From NCBI GenBank assembly GCA_965249485.1, contig OZ252239.1, forward strand, positions 128,001 through 192,000: DNA of 64,000 nt, read 5' to 3'. Under the pieces are notes generated by a model, which was not told the origin of the DNA, did not search any database, and saw only the letters and a list, made by a program, of their open reading frames with translations. Shown here in pieces: positions 42,984 to 52,935 of the stretch (the stretch's first letter is position 1; every line of letters begins with the position of its first letter). The translations under genes were made by a program, and so were the position numbers. Source of the stretch: a bacterium. Its GTDB lineage: Bacteria > SM23-31.

Positions 42984-43916
42984 GTGAAATCGAGAATAGC
43001 CATAATTTCTTTAGCCTTCTTTCTTATTGCAATGAATTTCGATCCTGTTTATTCTCAGGATGTCTCGGTTGAAGACACTGGAAAATCCACGCAGATTGTC
43101 TTACTCGGTACGGGAACTCCTAATGCCGAGCCCGATAGGTGGGGGATCTCAATAGCAATTGTTGTTGACGATGCGCCTTATATATTCGATGCCGGACCAG
43201 GGTTGATCAGGCGGGTAAACGCCGCAACTGAAGCGGGAGTAAAAGGTCTGAAAGTAAGCGGTCTGAATAAAGCATTTATCACACATTTGCACTCCGACCA
43301 CACGATTGGTCTGCCAAACCTAATATTAGTTCCCTGGGTTTTGGATAGAGAAGAACCGTTAGATATATATGGACCGCCGGGAATGATGAACATGGTAGAC
43401 CATATACTCGCAGCCTACAAGGAAGACATTTCGATGCGGCTCTATGGAAACCAACCGTCGAATACGGAAGGCTACAAGGTGAATGTTTTTGAAATAGAGC
43501 CCGGAGTAATTTATAAAGATAAAAAGATATCTGTAAGAGCATTCCAGGTGAATCATGGATCGTGGGACTACGCTTACGGATACCGTATCGAAACCCCCGA
43601 CCGTGTAATCGTCATATCAGGTGACACCGCCCCCAGTGAAGAACTCATCAAGAACGCCGAAGGGTGTGATGTTCTGATCCACGAAGTCTATTCTGAGGCG
43701 GGTTTCCAAAAGCGAACTCCCGAATGGCAGACCTATCATTCGGGTTCCCACACTTCAACGATCCAGCTCGCTGATATTGCAAAACGGATAAACCCGGATC
43801 TGGTAGTCCTGTATCATCAACTTCCAATGGGGGCGACTCCCGAAGAAATGCTCGCCGAAATAGCCGAAATCTACAAGGGTAAAGTTGTATATGGGCGGGA
43901 TTTGGATGTCTATTGA
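42984..43916 (+). CDS. Secreted MBL-fold hydrolase (RNase Z/arylsulfatase-like)
   Basis: LLGTGTP, THLHSDH, SGDT, HT. Confidence 0.9.
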   Translation: MKSRIAIISLAFFLIAMNFDPVYSQDVSVEDTGKSTQIVLLGTGTPNAEPDRWGISIAIVVDDAPYIFDAGPGLIRRVNAATEAGVKGLKVSGLNKAFITHLHSDHTIGLPNLILVPWVLDREEPLDIYGPPGMMNMVDHILAAYKEDISMRLYGNQPSNTEGYKVNVFEIEPGVIYKDKKISVRAFQVNHGSWDYAYGYRIETPDRVIVISGDTAPSEELIKNAEGCDVLIHEVYSEAGFQKRTPEWQTYHSGSHTSTIQLADIAKRINPDLVVLYHQLPMGATPEEMLAEIAEIYKGKVVYGRDLDVY

Positions 43917-43966
43917 ATTTATCCCAGAGCGACGACCCGGCCAACCGCTTAAGAAGTACATGTCGC

Positions 43967-44011
43967 TTTTACAAGTCTATTTTGCTCCTCGGGCTGTACG
44001 ATTTGCGAAAC
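43967..44011. repeat. Repeat A copy
   Basis: ttttacaagtctattttgctcctcgggctgtacgatttgcgaaac. Confidence 0.9.
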
Positions 44012-44252
44012 TTTTCAGTATCTTTTGTCCTAAATGTATAACAAGTTCAATGAATCATCCAGTGCGGAATCCGGATAGAACTCGAACCATTAGAAGCCAA
44101 TATTAAGGAATATTCTCTATATCGGTACGCCATGACGCAGCATATTACGAAGGATAGAATTCGGGAAAAACCGGCGGAGTACCCCCCTGCATTCAAATCC
44201 CGCGAGGTTCTAAAACGTTTATGAGATAGAATATCAAGGAGATGACGATGTC

Positions 44253-44756
44253 TCAACCTTCGCCATCTCGTTCCCACAGCATGGCGATGAGGTCTGTTGA
44301 CACGGTAGGTCGGCCTAACCGGCGTACCTGGGCGGTATATTGCCCACGATGGTAAGTCGCGTGGTTAAAAACTTGAAGCAGCACCTCCGCCGTCGGATGA
44401 GAAAAGGACTGGCCCTGCAAATTATCATACTGGACATCCGTCTGTGCGCTCGTTGAGTCCAGACTATCGATAAAGGCATCCAGTTCCGTCTCCCGGTCTT
44501 TCCAAAAGTCCACATATGCATCTGGAGCCAGATCATCCGGCGGATTCGGCATCCCGTCCGGCCACCTATGGTGCACCAACCGTTCGGTCCAGCCAACGGT
44601 GGCTGCGATGAGATGGTTGGTTAGGTCCAGGAGTGTGCACCCGTCGATCTCGCGAGTAAAATCTACTGCAGAAATATCCCTCAGGTTCCGCCATACGCGC
44701 CCGCAGGCCCACTGATGATAGCAATGCATATATCGAACGTGTTCCAGTGTCGGCAT
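44253..44756 (-). CDS. DinB family protein
   Basis: YH.WA, NH...A..W, NHATYHRGQ. Confidence 0.9.
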   Translation of the reverse strand: MPTLEHVRYMHCYHQWACGRVWRNLRDISAVDFTREIDGCTLLDLTNHLIAATVGWTERLVHHRWPDGMPNPPDDLAPDAYVDFWKDRETELDAFIDSLDSTSAQTDVQYDNLQGQSFSHPTAEVLLQVFNHATYHRGQYTAQVRRLGRPTVSTDLIAMLWERDGEG

Positions 44757-44800
44757 GTTATAATCCTTCCAGCTGATTGATCTTCAACTGTACCAGTCTT

Positions 44801-44832
44801 GAAGGTTGGGTAGAGCAAAGCGAAACCCAACA
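44801..44832. repeat. REP-like palindrome
   Basis: gttggg-tagagcaaagcgaaa-cccaac resembles GTAG-family REP elements. Confidence 0.55.
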
Positions 44833-44874
44833 TCTGTTGAGCGAATATCGGGATATTGCTGAACAATGGCAACA

Positions 44875-44910
44875 ACAAAGCCCTCACAGCATGCACTGTG
44901 AGGGTTTTGT
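44875..44910. terminator. Strong hairpin, possibly a bidirectional terminator
   Basis: acaaagccctcacag-catgca-ctgtgagggttttgt. Confidence 0.65.
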
Positions 44911-44991
44911 TTGAGGCTCCTCGGATTGGATGCGAACAAAGTATACATAAAATGAAAAAACAAATCAATTATTTCTTGAGGTGAATGTTTT

Positions 44992-45021
44992 CGGACGGTA
45001 AGTGACGTTTTACGAACCTTT
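44992..45021. repeat. Repeat A' copy (degenerate)
   Basis: cggacggtaagtgacgttttacgaaccttt. Confidence 0.75.
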
Positions 45022-45067
45022 AAAGTGAAATTTTGTTGCAATATTTAATGAAAAAAGTAGTGAAATA

Positions 45068-45451
45068 TCAGAGTTTATATCGTATCCTAACACTATGCCA
45101 ACCAAAATCCTGTCGTGAGGGATCTGGACCGTGTATCCTAATCCTTATTCCTCGTGCTGCATGTAATGCAGCAGAGTCTAAACGGTCATTTCCGGATGTT
45201 TGAAGAATTCTTGAATCTATAACAGTACCGTCACGTCCTATCATTACAGTCACTTCTGTTATTCCTTCAACTCTTTCTTCAAGCGCCCATTCAGGATATT
45301 CCAAGTCCATCGGTTCAAGATTACGTAATCCAATAGCCTTACTAATCATTGTTAAATTTACTATTGGTTTACTTGTTGAAGCGCAGTTTATTAGCAATAA
45401 TACAATTAAAAGAATACTACTAGCATGTTTTTTGGATAATATATTATTCAT
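45068..45451 (-). CDS. Small TonB C-terminal domain lipoprotein
   Basis: YPEWA....VEG...V.V.IG.DG.V....I.QTSG...LD.AA. Confidence 0.8.
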   Translation of the reverse strand: MNNILSKKHASSILLIVLLLINCASTSKPIVNLTMISKAIGLRNLEPMDLEYPEWALEERVEGITEVTVMIGRDGTVIDSRILQTSGNDRLDSAALHAARGIRIRIHGPDPSRQDFGWHSVRIRYKL

Positions 45452-45546
45452 TTTCCATTCCAAAATAGCATGATTAGAAATATTGTTGAAGTATGACACA
45501 TTAAATACCTTTATTATTGTTTTGCTAATGAAGGAATAATCTCTCC

Positions 45547-45742
45547 GGGCCGTGCAGGACTCGAACCTGCGACCCACTGATTATGAGTCGTAAGGTCTAT
45601 TAATAATAGTGCAACACATAACCTTATAAAATAACAAATAATTAAGCGTATGGTTTCCACAATTTATTTAAAGCAAATAATGGCATAAATTGGCACAAAT
45701 AACACGAATTCACACCATTAACTGACACATATTGACACATGG
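45547..45742 (-). mobile_element. Element C copy 2: tRNA 3' half (45547-45589) plus TGACAC flank
   Basis: Near-identical to 23125-23310. Confidence 0.8.
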
Positions 45743-45777
45743 TTCATTTTGTTCAGTCAAGATTCTATACTAATCTA

Positions 45778-47196
45778 TTATCTTAGCTTATCAACATCGA
45801 GAACTACGACAGAATTTACCGGATCCCATGCCTCATCATCCAGGGTAACTACTATGTAGGCATTTCCTTCAATAATAACTTTATAGTTTTTCCGGGGGAT
45901 GCTCCGGAGAGCATATGCTTGTATCGGGCGTCTCCGTACGGTGTCTAACACCAGCCTGCCATCTTCAGGCCAGTCAAATACATGCAGGTATAAACGTGTT
46001 GTACCATCGGCACGAATCCGGTGCGTTATCCTTCCCCATCCCGGCTGCCCCCACTGGGTACCCTTTGTCCCATAGATACTTTCACCGTATTTTTTAAGCC
46101 AGTCACCGGCTTCAAGGAGAACATCAACCGATTCCTTGGGAATTATACCTTCGGGTGTCGGTCCGACGTTCAGCGTGTAATTTCCACCAATACTGGCTGT
46201 ATGTGCGAGATTATGAATTGTCATTTCCGCAGTCATCCAATCAGGTGTGACTTTGTGGTACATCCATGTGCCGTTCATCGTCACATCCACCTGGAAGTTA
46301 TGGTACGTCCGATGATCATTGAGCTCGGGGTAAGATTCTTCGGAGATCAAATAATCATTCGGTCTATGGATAATCTCTCGTTCAATATCCATATCGCTAA
46401 TGATTACGTTGGGCTGGATCGAACGTATCACTTCCATGATATCAAGGTATTTCGGAGCTAGATACGCATCATCATCATCCAAATAGCGTGAGAAAGACCC
46501 TAATAAGACGTCGATCTTGCCATAGTTAGTAAACAGTTCGCGAATCTGATTTTTCATATACTCGACGTAAATCTCGATGTCAGCGTCAGGATTCGGATAA
46601 TAATGCTGACCTATTTCCCTCTTCACGAGAAATTCAGGAAGAAATTCGGGATGATGCATATCGGAAAACGAGTAATACACTCCCAGCCTTATACCACCAT
46701 CCAGACAGGCATCTGCAAGTTCTTTCAAAGGATCACGGTCGAAAGGAGTATAATCCACGATATCAAAATCGGTATACTGTGAGTCATACATACTAAACCC
46801 GTTATGGTGCTTTGCGATATACACGATATATTTCATCCCGGCACTCCGGGCGATATCGACCCATTCTTCAGCATCAAAATCAACCGGGTTGAATACCAGA
46901 CCCCTCTGTAGTAAATCTTCATAGTTTCTCCAGGGTGCACTGCCGTAGATCGCTTCACCATTAACCATCAACCACTCTCTTTCCTCAGGTGTTCTCGGCA
47001 GGGCATCGGGTCCCCAGTGGATGACTATGCCGTAACGGGCGTTGTGGAACCATTCCATCTTGTTATCCATTGACGGGTTCCAGTCAGGCCGGATATCAAT
47101 CATTGTTTGAGCTTGAACAACCACCGCTGTCACAAGAAATAGTATGAGACACAATAACAGAAATCCATGTACTCTATTAGCCCATTTCGTGTCCAT
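45778..47196 (-). CDS. GH29 alpha-L-fucosidase paralog
   Basis: IHWG, KHHNGF, LNVGP; C-terminus nearly identical to 23346. Confidence 0.85.
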   Translation of the reverse strand: MDTKWANRVHGFLLLCLILFLVTAVVVQAQTMIDIRPDWNPSMDNKMEWFHNARYGIVIHWGPDALPRTPEEREWLMVNGEAIYGSAPWRNYEDLLQRGLVFNPVDFDAEEWVDIARSAGMKYIVYIAKHHNGFSMYDSQYTDFDIVDYTPFDRDPLKELADACLDGGIRLGVYYSFSDMHHPEFLPEFLVKREIGQHYYPNPDADIEIYVEYMKNQIRELFTNYGKIDVLLGSFSRYLDDDDAYLAPKYLDIMEVIRSIQPNVIISDMDIEREIIHRPNDYLISEESYPELNDHRTYHNFQVDVTMNGTWMYHKVTPDWMTAEMTIHNLAHTASIGGNYTLNVGPTPEGIIPKESVDVLLEAGDWLKKYGESIYGTKGTQWGQPGWGRITHRIRADGTTRLYLHVFDWPEDGRLVLDTVRRRPIQAYALRSIPRKNYKVIIEGNAYIVVTLDDEAWDPVNSVVVLDVDKLR

Positions 47197-47330
47197 TTTT
47201 TCTCCCTTATTATGAAGCACATATGAAATTATCGATAACAAATGACTGATAATTCATAATCTAACTTACATTACCCCAAATCTGCAGCGCAGTTACTTCG
47301 AGGCCAACTGCACGAAAATAAACAGGCCTT

Positions 47331-48794
47331 TTACGGTTTCATCACATCGCTTGCCCACTCATTGTACAGAATAGTAAGCCGTTCAACGATCTCAGACCGT
47401 TCCGTGGCAAAATTTTTCCATTCGGGCGGATCATCAGAAAGATTTGCCAAAAACGGGCTCCCCATCGGGCCTTCTCGCTGCGGATGCGGTGAATACTTCC
47501 CGGTGGAGTCTCCACCATTAACGATCAGTTTCCAATCACCTTCCCGCACGGCCCATCCTCTTCCCCACTGCCAGTAGAATAGCTTATGCCGGGAAGGAGC
47601 TTCGGGAGAATTTATAACCTCCCACATGCTTTTACCGTCAATTTCTCTGTCAGGCAGGGGGATATCACATAATTCAAGAATCGTTGGGAAAAAATCTGCG
47701 TTCAGAACCGCTTGATCGCGTACCTGACCTTCACCGATCAGGTTTGGAAAGCTGATGACAGCCGGCACGCGGATACCACCCTCTAAAAAGCTTCCTTTCG
47801 CGCCTCTCCACTTACCGGTATATCCTCCTCCTCCGTACGCACCGTACGGTTGTCCGTCCGACTTGTGATAATCTTCAGTTGAATGACCATTGTCACTCAT
47901 CATAATGATCATCGTATTATCCCGCAGATCCAATTGATCGACTTTATTTAAAATTTGTCCCATTCTGTCATCCGTGGTTGAAATCATTGCCGCGTACGAA
48001 CTGCGCGGCAGGGACATCTCTTTATACATTTCGGTAAACTTTGGATCAGCCTGTTCAGGATAATGAGGTACATTGAACGGGACATACATCAAGAAGGGGC
48101 TATCCTTGTTTTCCTCGAGGAAACGGTGGGATTCACGGACTATCAAGTCGGGAAAATAGCTGCCGTCTTCGAACACCTCTGTGTTATTGCGGTATAGACT
48201 GTGGAACGGCTCGATGATTTCTTCACCTTCCTCTTGCTCATCATCATACACATAGCGGGTGTGCGAGTAATTGTCAATAAATCCGGACAGGTGTCCAAAG
48301 AATTCGTCAAAACCCTGATCGTTGGGACCATAGCCCGGAGTCGCACCCAAATGCCATTTTCCGAAAAGACCGGTACGGTAGCCGTTTTCTCTGAGAACTT
48401 CCGCAATGGTTATCTCGTCCACAGACATATTAGCACCCCCGCCGAAGGGATGATTTATATCGGGGTGACTCGATGCCCACCTGTTAATATCGCCGCGCTG
48501 AGGATGGCGTCCGGTCAGCAGTGACACCCGGGATGGACAGCAGACCGCATGGGCATAGGCCTGGGTGAAGCGGACTCCCCGCTCTGCCAAAGCGTCCATG
48601 TGGGGCGTGTACAAATCGTTTGAGCCATAACTGTTGATGTCCAAGGTGCCTTGATCATCGGTGTAGAATAGTATGATGTTTGGTCTGTTTTTGACAGTCC
48701 CGCAGGCGCCAATACTCCCGGGAATAGTGAGTGCCGCCGCACCTATGCCCATTGTTTTTAAAAAGTCGCGCCGCTTGATGGTATGTCTGCTCAA
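47331..48794 (-). CDS. Tat-exported Cys-type (FGly) sulfatase
   Basis: RRDFLK, PNII...DD.G, CCPSR..LLTG, GKWHLG, SDNG, EGGIRVP. Confidence 0.93.
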   Translation of the reverse strand: MSRHTIKRRDFLKTMGIGAAALTIPGSIGACGTVKNRPNIILFYTDDQGTLDINSYGSNDLYTPHMDALAERGVRFTQAYAHAVCCPSRVSLLTGRHPQRGDINRWASSHPDINHPFGGGANMSVDEITIAEVLRENGYRTGLFGKWHLGATPGYGPNDQGFDEFFGHLSGFIDNYSHTRYVYDDEQEEGEEIIEPFHSLYRNNTEVFEDGSYFPDLIVRESHRFLEENKDSPFLMYVPFNVPHYPEQADPKFTEMYKEMSLPRSSYAAMISTTDDRMGQILNKVDQLDLRDNTMIIMMSDNGHSTEDYHKSDGQPYGAYGGGGYTGKWRGAKGSFLEGGIRVPAVISFPNLIGEGQVRDQAVLNADFFPTILELCDIPLPDREIDGKSMWEVINSPEAPSRHKLFYWQWGRGWAVREGDWKLIVNGGDSTGKYSPHPQREGPMGSPFLANLSDDPPEWKNFATERSEIVERLTILYNEWASDVMKP

Positions 48795-48807
48795 ATTTAC
48801 CTCCTCT

Positions 48808-48966
48808 TCATATCAATACTCTAAAGAGATTAATAGGGATTGTGTATAAAATATGACGTTCTTTTAAGATGGGATGTACTTCGTCAGAGCGCGCCGGTTA
48901 CATTGATATAGTTATATATAAATGGTAAGATATACATGTGGTTTCTGCAAGTGTTTTCTATTCCCC
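48808..48966. repeat. Leader module with truncated repeat A left half
   Basis: atatgacgttcttttaagatgggatgtacttcgtcagagcg..atggtaag..caagtgttttctattcccc. Confidence 0.75.
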
Positions 48967-49451
48967 AATCATATAACCCAACATCACAAACCCCTAAACA
49001 TTCTTAAACGATCCGTTTAGGCTTTTTCAGGGCTAAAATATAAGGCTGCTTAGAGTACAATTTTGTCTGAATTCCCCAAGTTCCGCCTTAAAAATCAACA
49101 TTTTATTGGATTCTGGCTATTGCGTAAATTAATATACGGTGCAATATGCGTGGACGTTTGATTCAAAGAATGGGTTGTCCACCCCCCATTGACACCTGTG
49201 TCCAGTTCGGGAAATATGCGTATTTTATGAGAAGTATATTAAAATGATACATTATTTGCTAAGTGTTAAGTGGTTTATTTATATACACTTAGTGGCAAGA
49301 GAGATAGTGTTCTGAATTACATTGAAAAGAGTATATAATACTTGATAAAGTTAAATGTATTCCTTAATTACAACTAAACTATCCAAAAATGTTTTGACAA
49401 GATACAGTATTGATTGTAAAGATTATTACAAGTTTTTAGGGGGTACAGCAA

Positions 49452-50336
49452 ATGAAACACATGTTACGTGTATATTTTATTGTATTATTACTAGTTAGTG
49501 TACTTTCCTGTTCTCGCACATTGGACGATGTCGAGCCGGAGCTGAATGTCAGTATTGTGCCCAACAGTGAAAGCGGCGGATTGCATATCAAGAGCAGTAC
49601 CGTGCCTATGGACGTATTAGAATTTCGCTCATGCGAAGCTATACTGGATGGAAATAAAGACTTTGGACTTTTTGAAGTTAAGCTCGGCGATCCGGATAGT
49701 AATGAGAAACATAAGTGGCAGATCGACGGCAATACACTGTCCTACAGTTGGGAATACCCTGAAGGAATTATCGTCAATTTCTCGGCGGTCGTCGAAAAGG
49801 ATAATCTACGTCTCTCATACACCATCAATAATCAAACTCCCAGTACCTTGAAGAGAGTTCTGCTCCACCCCTGTCTGATAACCAAAGACGCCCCTTCTTT
49901 TTTCCCGAAGCCTAACTTGACATCTCTTTATGACCGGGTGTTTCTATGGTCTAAAGGCAAGAAGTTCTCTATGGGGGACACCGAGCTTGGCAAGAGCGAG
50001 GTACATCTTTCACTGATGAAAGAAGGAGAGGACCCGATCAGCTGGCCATGGTGGATAAACTCTAAGAGAACGTTTGACGAACCTTTATTGGTTATGAGTA
50101 GTATTGACAATCGGCACGTTCTTGCGCTAACTTTTGAGGAAGCTATCTGGGCGTCCTGTAATACCGGGGAAAAACGGTCGAAGGGAATAGACAAACGGGC
50201 GTGCGTTCATCTTTTTCCTTACTTTGGGGAGATAAATCCCCAGCAAAAAACTACAATAAGCGGTCGTTTGTACCTCATGTCGGGAACTCCGGATACTGCT
50301 TATGAACGTATTAAGAAGGACCTCATGATAGAATAG
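49452..50336 (+). CDS. Hypothetical lipoprotein
   Basis: 294 aa; VLSC lipobox. Confidence 0.65.
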   Translation: MKHMLRVYFIVLLLVSVLSCSRTLDDVEPELNVSIVPNSESGGLHIKSSTVPMDVLEFRSCEAILDGNKDFGLFEVKLGDPDSNEKHKWQIDGNTLSYSWEYPEGIIVNFSAVVEKDNLRLSYTINNQTPSTLKRVLLHPCLITKDAPSFFPKPNLTSLYDRVFLWSKGKKFSMGDTELGKSEVHLSLMKEGEDPISWPWWINSKRTFDEPLLVMSSIDNRHVLALTFEEAIWASCNTGEKRSKGIDKRACVHLFPYFGEINPQQKTTISGRLYLMSGTPDTAYERIKKDLMIE

Positions 50337-50677
50337 TAAATAAACAACTTACAAGTCACGTGAGCGGATTGTGAGAACAGGCGGCGCTTTTCGCAACCGC
50401 TCAGTTCCAACGTCCGGAGCCCAGGACAGCAAGGTATATACCTGATGTTTATTAATTGTAGAGTGTATGTCGTCAGAACATGTTGGAATGATTGAATAAA
50501 AAGTTAAAAAGTGCATTGAGCCTTTGCACGTTATTTCTCCTCTATTGGCAATAGTAAGATTACTCACTAAATAAACTAGGCTATTTTTTTTAATTACAGC
50601 ATATTGAGCCACGTTTTCCAATGTCCTAGCAATAAATTTTTCTGATAATTTCTATCACAAATTTAAAGGAGGAAATT

Positions 50678-52354
50678 ATGATAAATAAATCATCCTCATT
50701 ACTATTTGCTATTTTATTTTGCTGCTCTATCCTGGTTACATGCGGTCAATCCGATCCGCTCAAGATACAGGCCCGAATCTCAATCCGGATCGTTGACGAA
50801 AGCGGTAATACAACCCCGGCTCGCGTATGGATCGATGTTGACAACCAGCGTTTTTTCGAACCAATAGCGCCGCAGACGGCGACGGTCTACGCCAACGATC
50901 AAAGCTTTAGCTGCGATGGCGAATTCACAATGGAGGTACCGGCCGGAAATGCGGTGGTGCATGTTGAAAAAGGGAAAGAATACACGCCGGTGGATCTTGC
51001 AATCGCTCTGAAAGCCGGCGAAACGATCGAGAATACCATTCAGCTGAAGCGCTGGATCGATCTGCCGTCTGAAGGTTGGTATTCAGCCGATCTGCACGTG
51101 CATCTGGGACAGGACGATCCCCGTATCCTTCAACAACTGGCGCTGGCCGACGATGTGCATCTCATGCCAGCATTCACCTATTGGCTGCGGGGAGAGGAAG
51201 AATCGTGGCACGCAGCGTGGCCGGATGAAACCTACACAGCGCCGATCGTTATCGACGACCGCCACATCATCACGCGCAACAATATCGAAATCGAACGCAT
51301 CGATAGCAACGCCGCACACGGCTTGACCATCGGCGCGACGTTTCTGTACAACCTGGACCGCCCCGTCACCACCAAGCAATTCGGGGAGAATTTTCCCACC
51401 GACGCCGCGCTTTGCCGAATCGCGCAAACCCATTCACCGGGCGTTGTATTCGACAGCGACAAACCCTCATGGGCGGAGACCGTCATCGGCGCGGCACTGG
51501 GAGTGCTCAACACCATTCAAGTCTGCCACAACCACTACCATCGCTGGTCAACCCTGCATGGCGGCTGGGGCATGATCGGACCGCTGTCGGCGGGTGAATC
51601 CAATACCGCCGTCGGTGACGGTTTGTTTCATCGCACGAACAGTCTGTATTACCGCTTTTTGAATTGCGGCTTTCGCCTGGGCGTCTCCGGCGGCTCGGCC
51701 ATCGGCGTGATGGAAGTACCGGCCGGCTATAACCGCGTCTATGCCAGAATTGAGGGATCGTTGACGGCAGAGAAAATGTGGGCCTCGATCAAAGCCGGAC
51801 GTTCCTTCGCCACCTCGGGGCCCATGCTGACCCTGGATGCCGACGGCCAGGGCCCGGGAGCAATGATCTCCAGAACGTCATCGGACACCTACCCCATTCA
51901 ACTCACTGCAACCCTGCGTTCGATTGAAACGCTGGAATCGCTCCAACTCGTTCACAACGGCCTCGTCGTGGCTTCGTTGAGCCTGCTCGATCAAAAACCT
52001 GCACCGATCTTGCGACAGACGTTAACCTACGAACTGTATCCGAAAAGAAGCGGTTGGATTGCAGCCCGTGCGTTCTATCGAGCCCCGGACGGCCTGCTCC
52101 GCCAGGCACACACCAGCCCGGTTTATCTATCGGTTGATGAAAAACCGACGGCGTTTGCCGCAGATGCAAACTACATGCTCGGCTGGATAAAAATATTGAC
52201 CGATATCGCCAATTCTCAACCGGATCGCTTTCCATCCACCACCGCTCAACAGGAGGTACTGGCAGACTACGAAGAAGCGCGCAGGAGATACGAACAGATT
52301 ATCCGGGATGCACAACGCCACTGGGGCGACCAGCTGATTCCCTCAAAAAATTAG
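50678..52354 (+). CDS. CehA/McbA-like PHP-fold metallohydrolase
   Basis: GWYSADLHVH, YYRFLNCGF, GYNRVY, GRSFATSGP, AHTSPVY. Confidence 0.8.
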   Translation: MINKSSSLLFAILFCCSILVTCGQSDPLKIQARISIRIVDESGNTTPARVWIDVDNQRFFEPIAPQTATVYANDQSFSCDGEFTMEVPAGNAVVHVEKGKEYTPVDLAIALKAGETIENTIQLKRWIDLPSEGWYSADLHVHLGQDDPRILQQLALADDVHLMPAFTYWLRGEEESWHAAWPDETYTAPIVIDDRHIITRNNIEIERIDSNAAHGLTIGATFLYNLDRPVTTKQFGENFPTDAALCRIAQTHSPGVVFDSDKPSWAETVIGAALGVLNTIQVCHNHYHRWSTLHGGWGMIGPLSAGESNTAVGDGLFHRTNSLYYRFLNCGFRLGVSGGSAIGVMEVPAGYNRVYARIEGSLTAEKMWASIKAGRSFATSGPMLTLDADGQGPGAMISRTSSDTYPIQLTATLRSIETLESLQLVHNGLVVASLSLLDQKPAPILRQTLTYELYPKRSGWIAARAFYRAPDGLLRQAHTSPVYLSVDEKPTAFAADANYMLGWIKILTDIANSQPDRFPSTTAQQEVLADYEEARRRYEQIIRDAQRHWGDQLIPSKN

Positions 52355-52470
52355 GCCGTGTTGACATTGAGCGACTCTGATCGATACTCCTCGCTCGCAT
52401 CTCACCGCGGGGAGTAGAAAATACTTAAAAAGCACAATGCATCTCTTAATTTTACAAGCGATTTTTACTC

Positions 52471-52710
52471 ACATTGTTCCGTACATCGCCTTTCCAGATA
52501 ACGCTCCAACAGCATATATATAGGTAGCGATTCAAACATTAATTTCCTGTAAGGTGGTTTATAGGATTGACAAATCGACAATACCGAGAAAAACCGAATC
52601 ACCCGAACTGTCCAAATTTTTCTACTTTTACTATTAGAGTTTCAGCAGATAATATTGAAGTGTATTGTGTTTGAATTATGAGGAATGAAAAAGGGAATGA
52701 TTAGTGGACC
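52471..52710. repeat. Element B copy 3
   Basis: Colinear with the other B copies, with an internal deletion. Confidence 0.88.
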
Positions 52711-52900
52711 CTGCAGGACTCGAACCTGAGACCCACTGATTATGAGACGTTAGGCTTAATAAAAATAATGCAATACATAACCTATTAAAAAAACAGATAA
52801 TTAATCGTATGGTTTCCACAATTATTTTAGTTTCAAAATTGCCTCAATTTAACACAAATTACACGGAGACACACCATTACTGACACAAACTGACACATGT
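52705..52900 (-). mobile_element. Element C copy 3: tRNA 3' half (52705-52748) plus TGACAC flank
   Basis: tggaccctgcaggactcgaacctgagacccactgattatgag..tgacacaaactgacaca. Confidence 0.8.
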
Positions 52901-52935
52901 TGTCTTTATGATAAGTAGGACATTATTAGAATATA

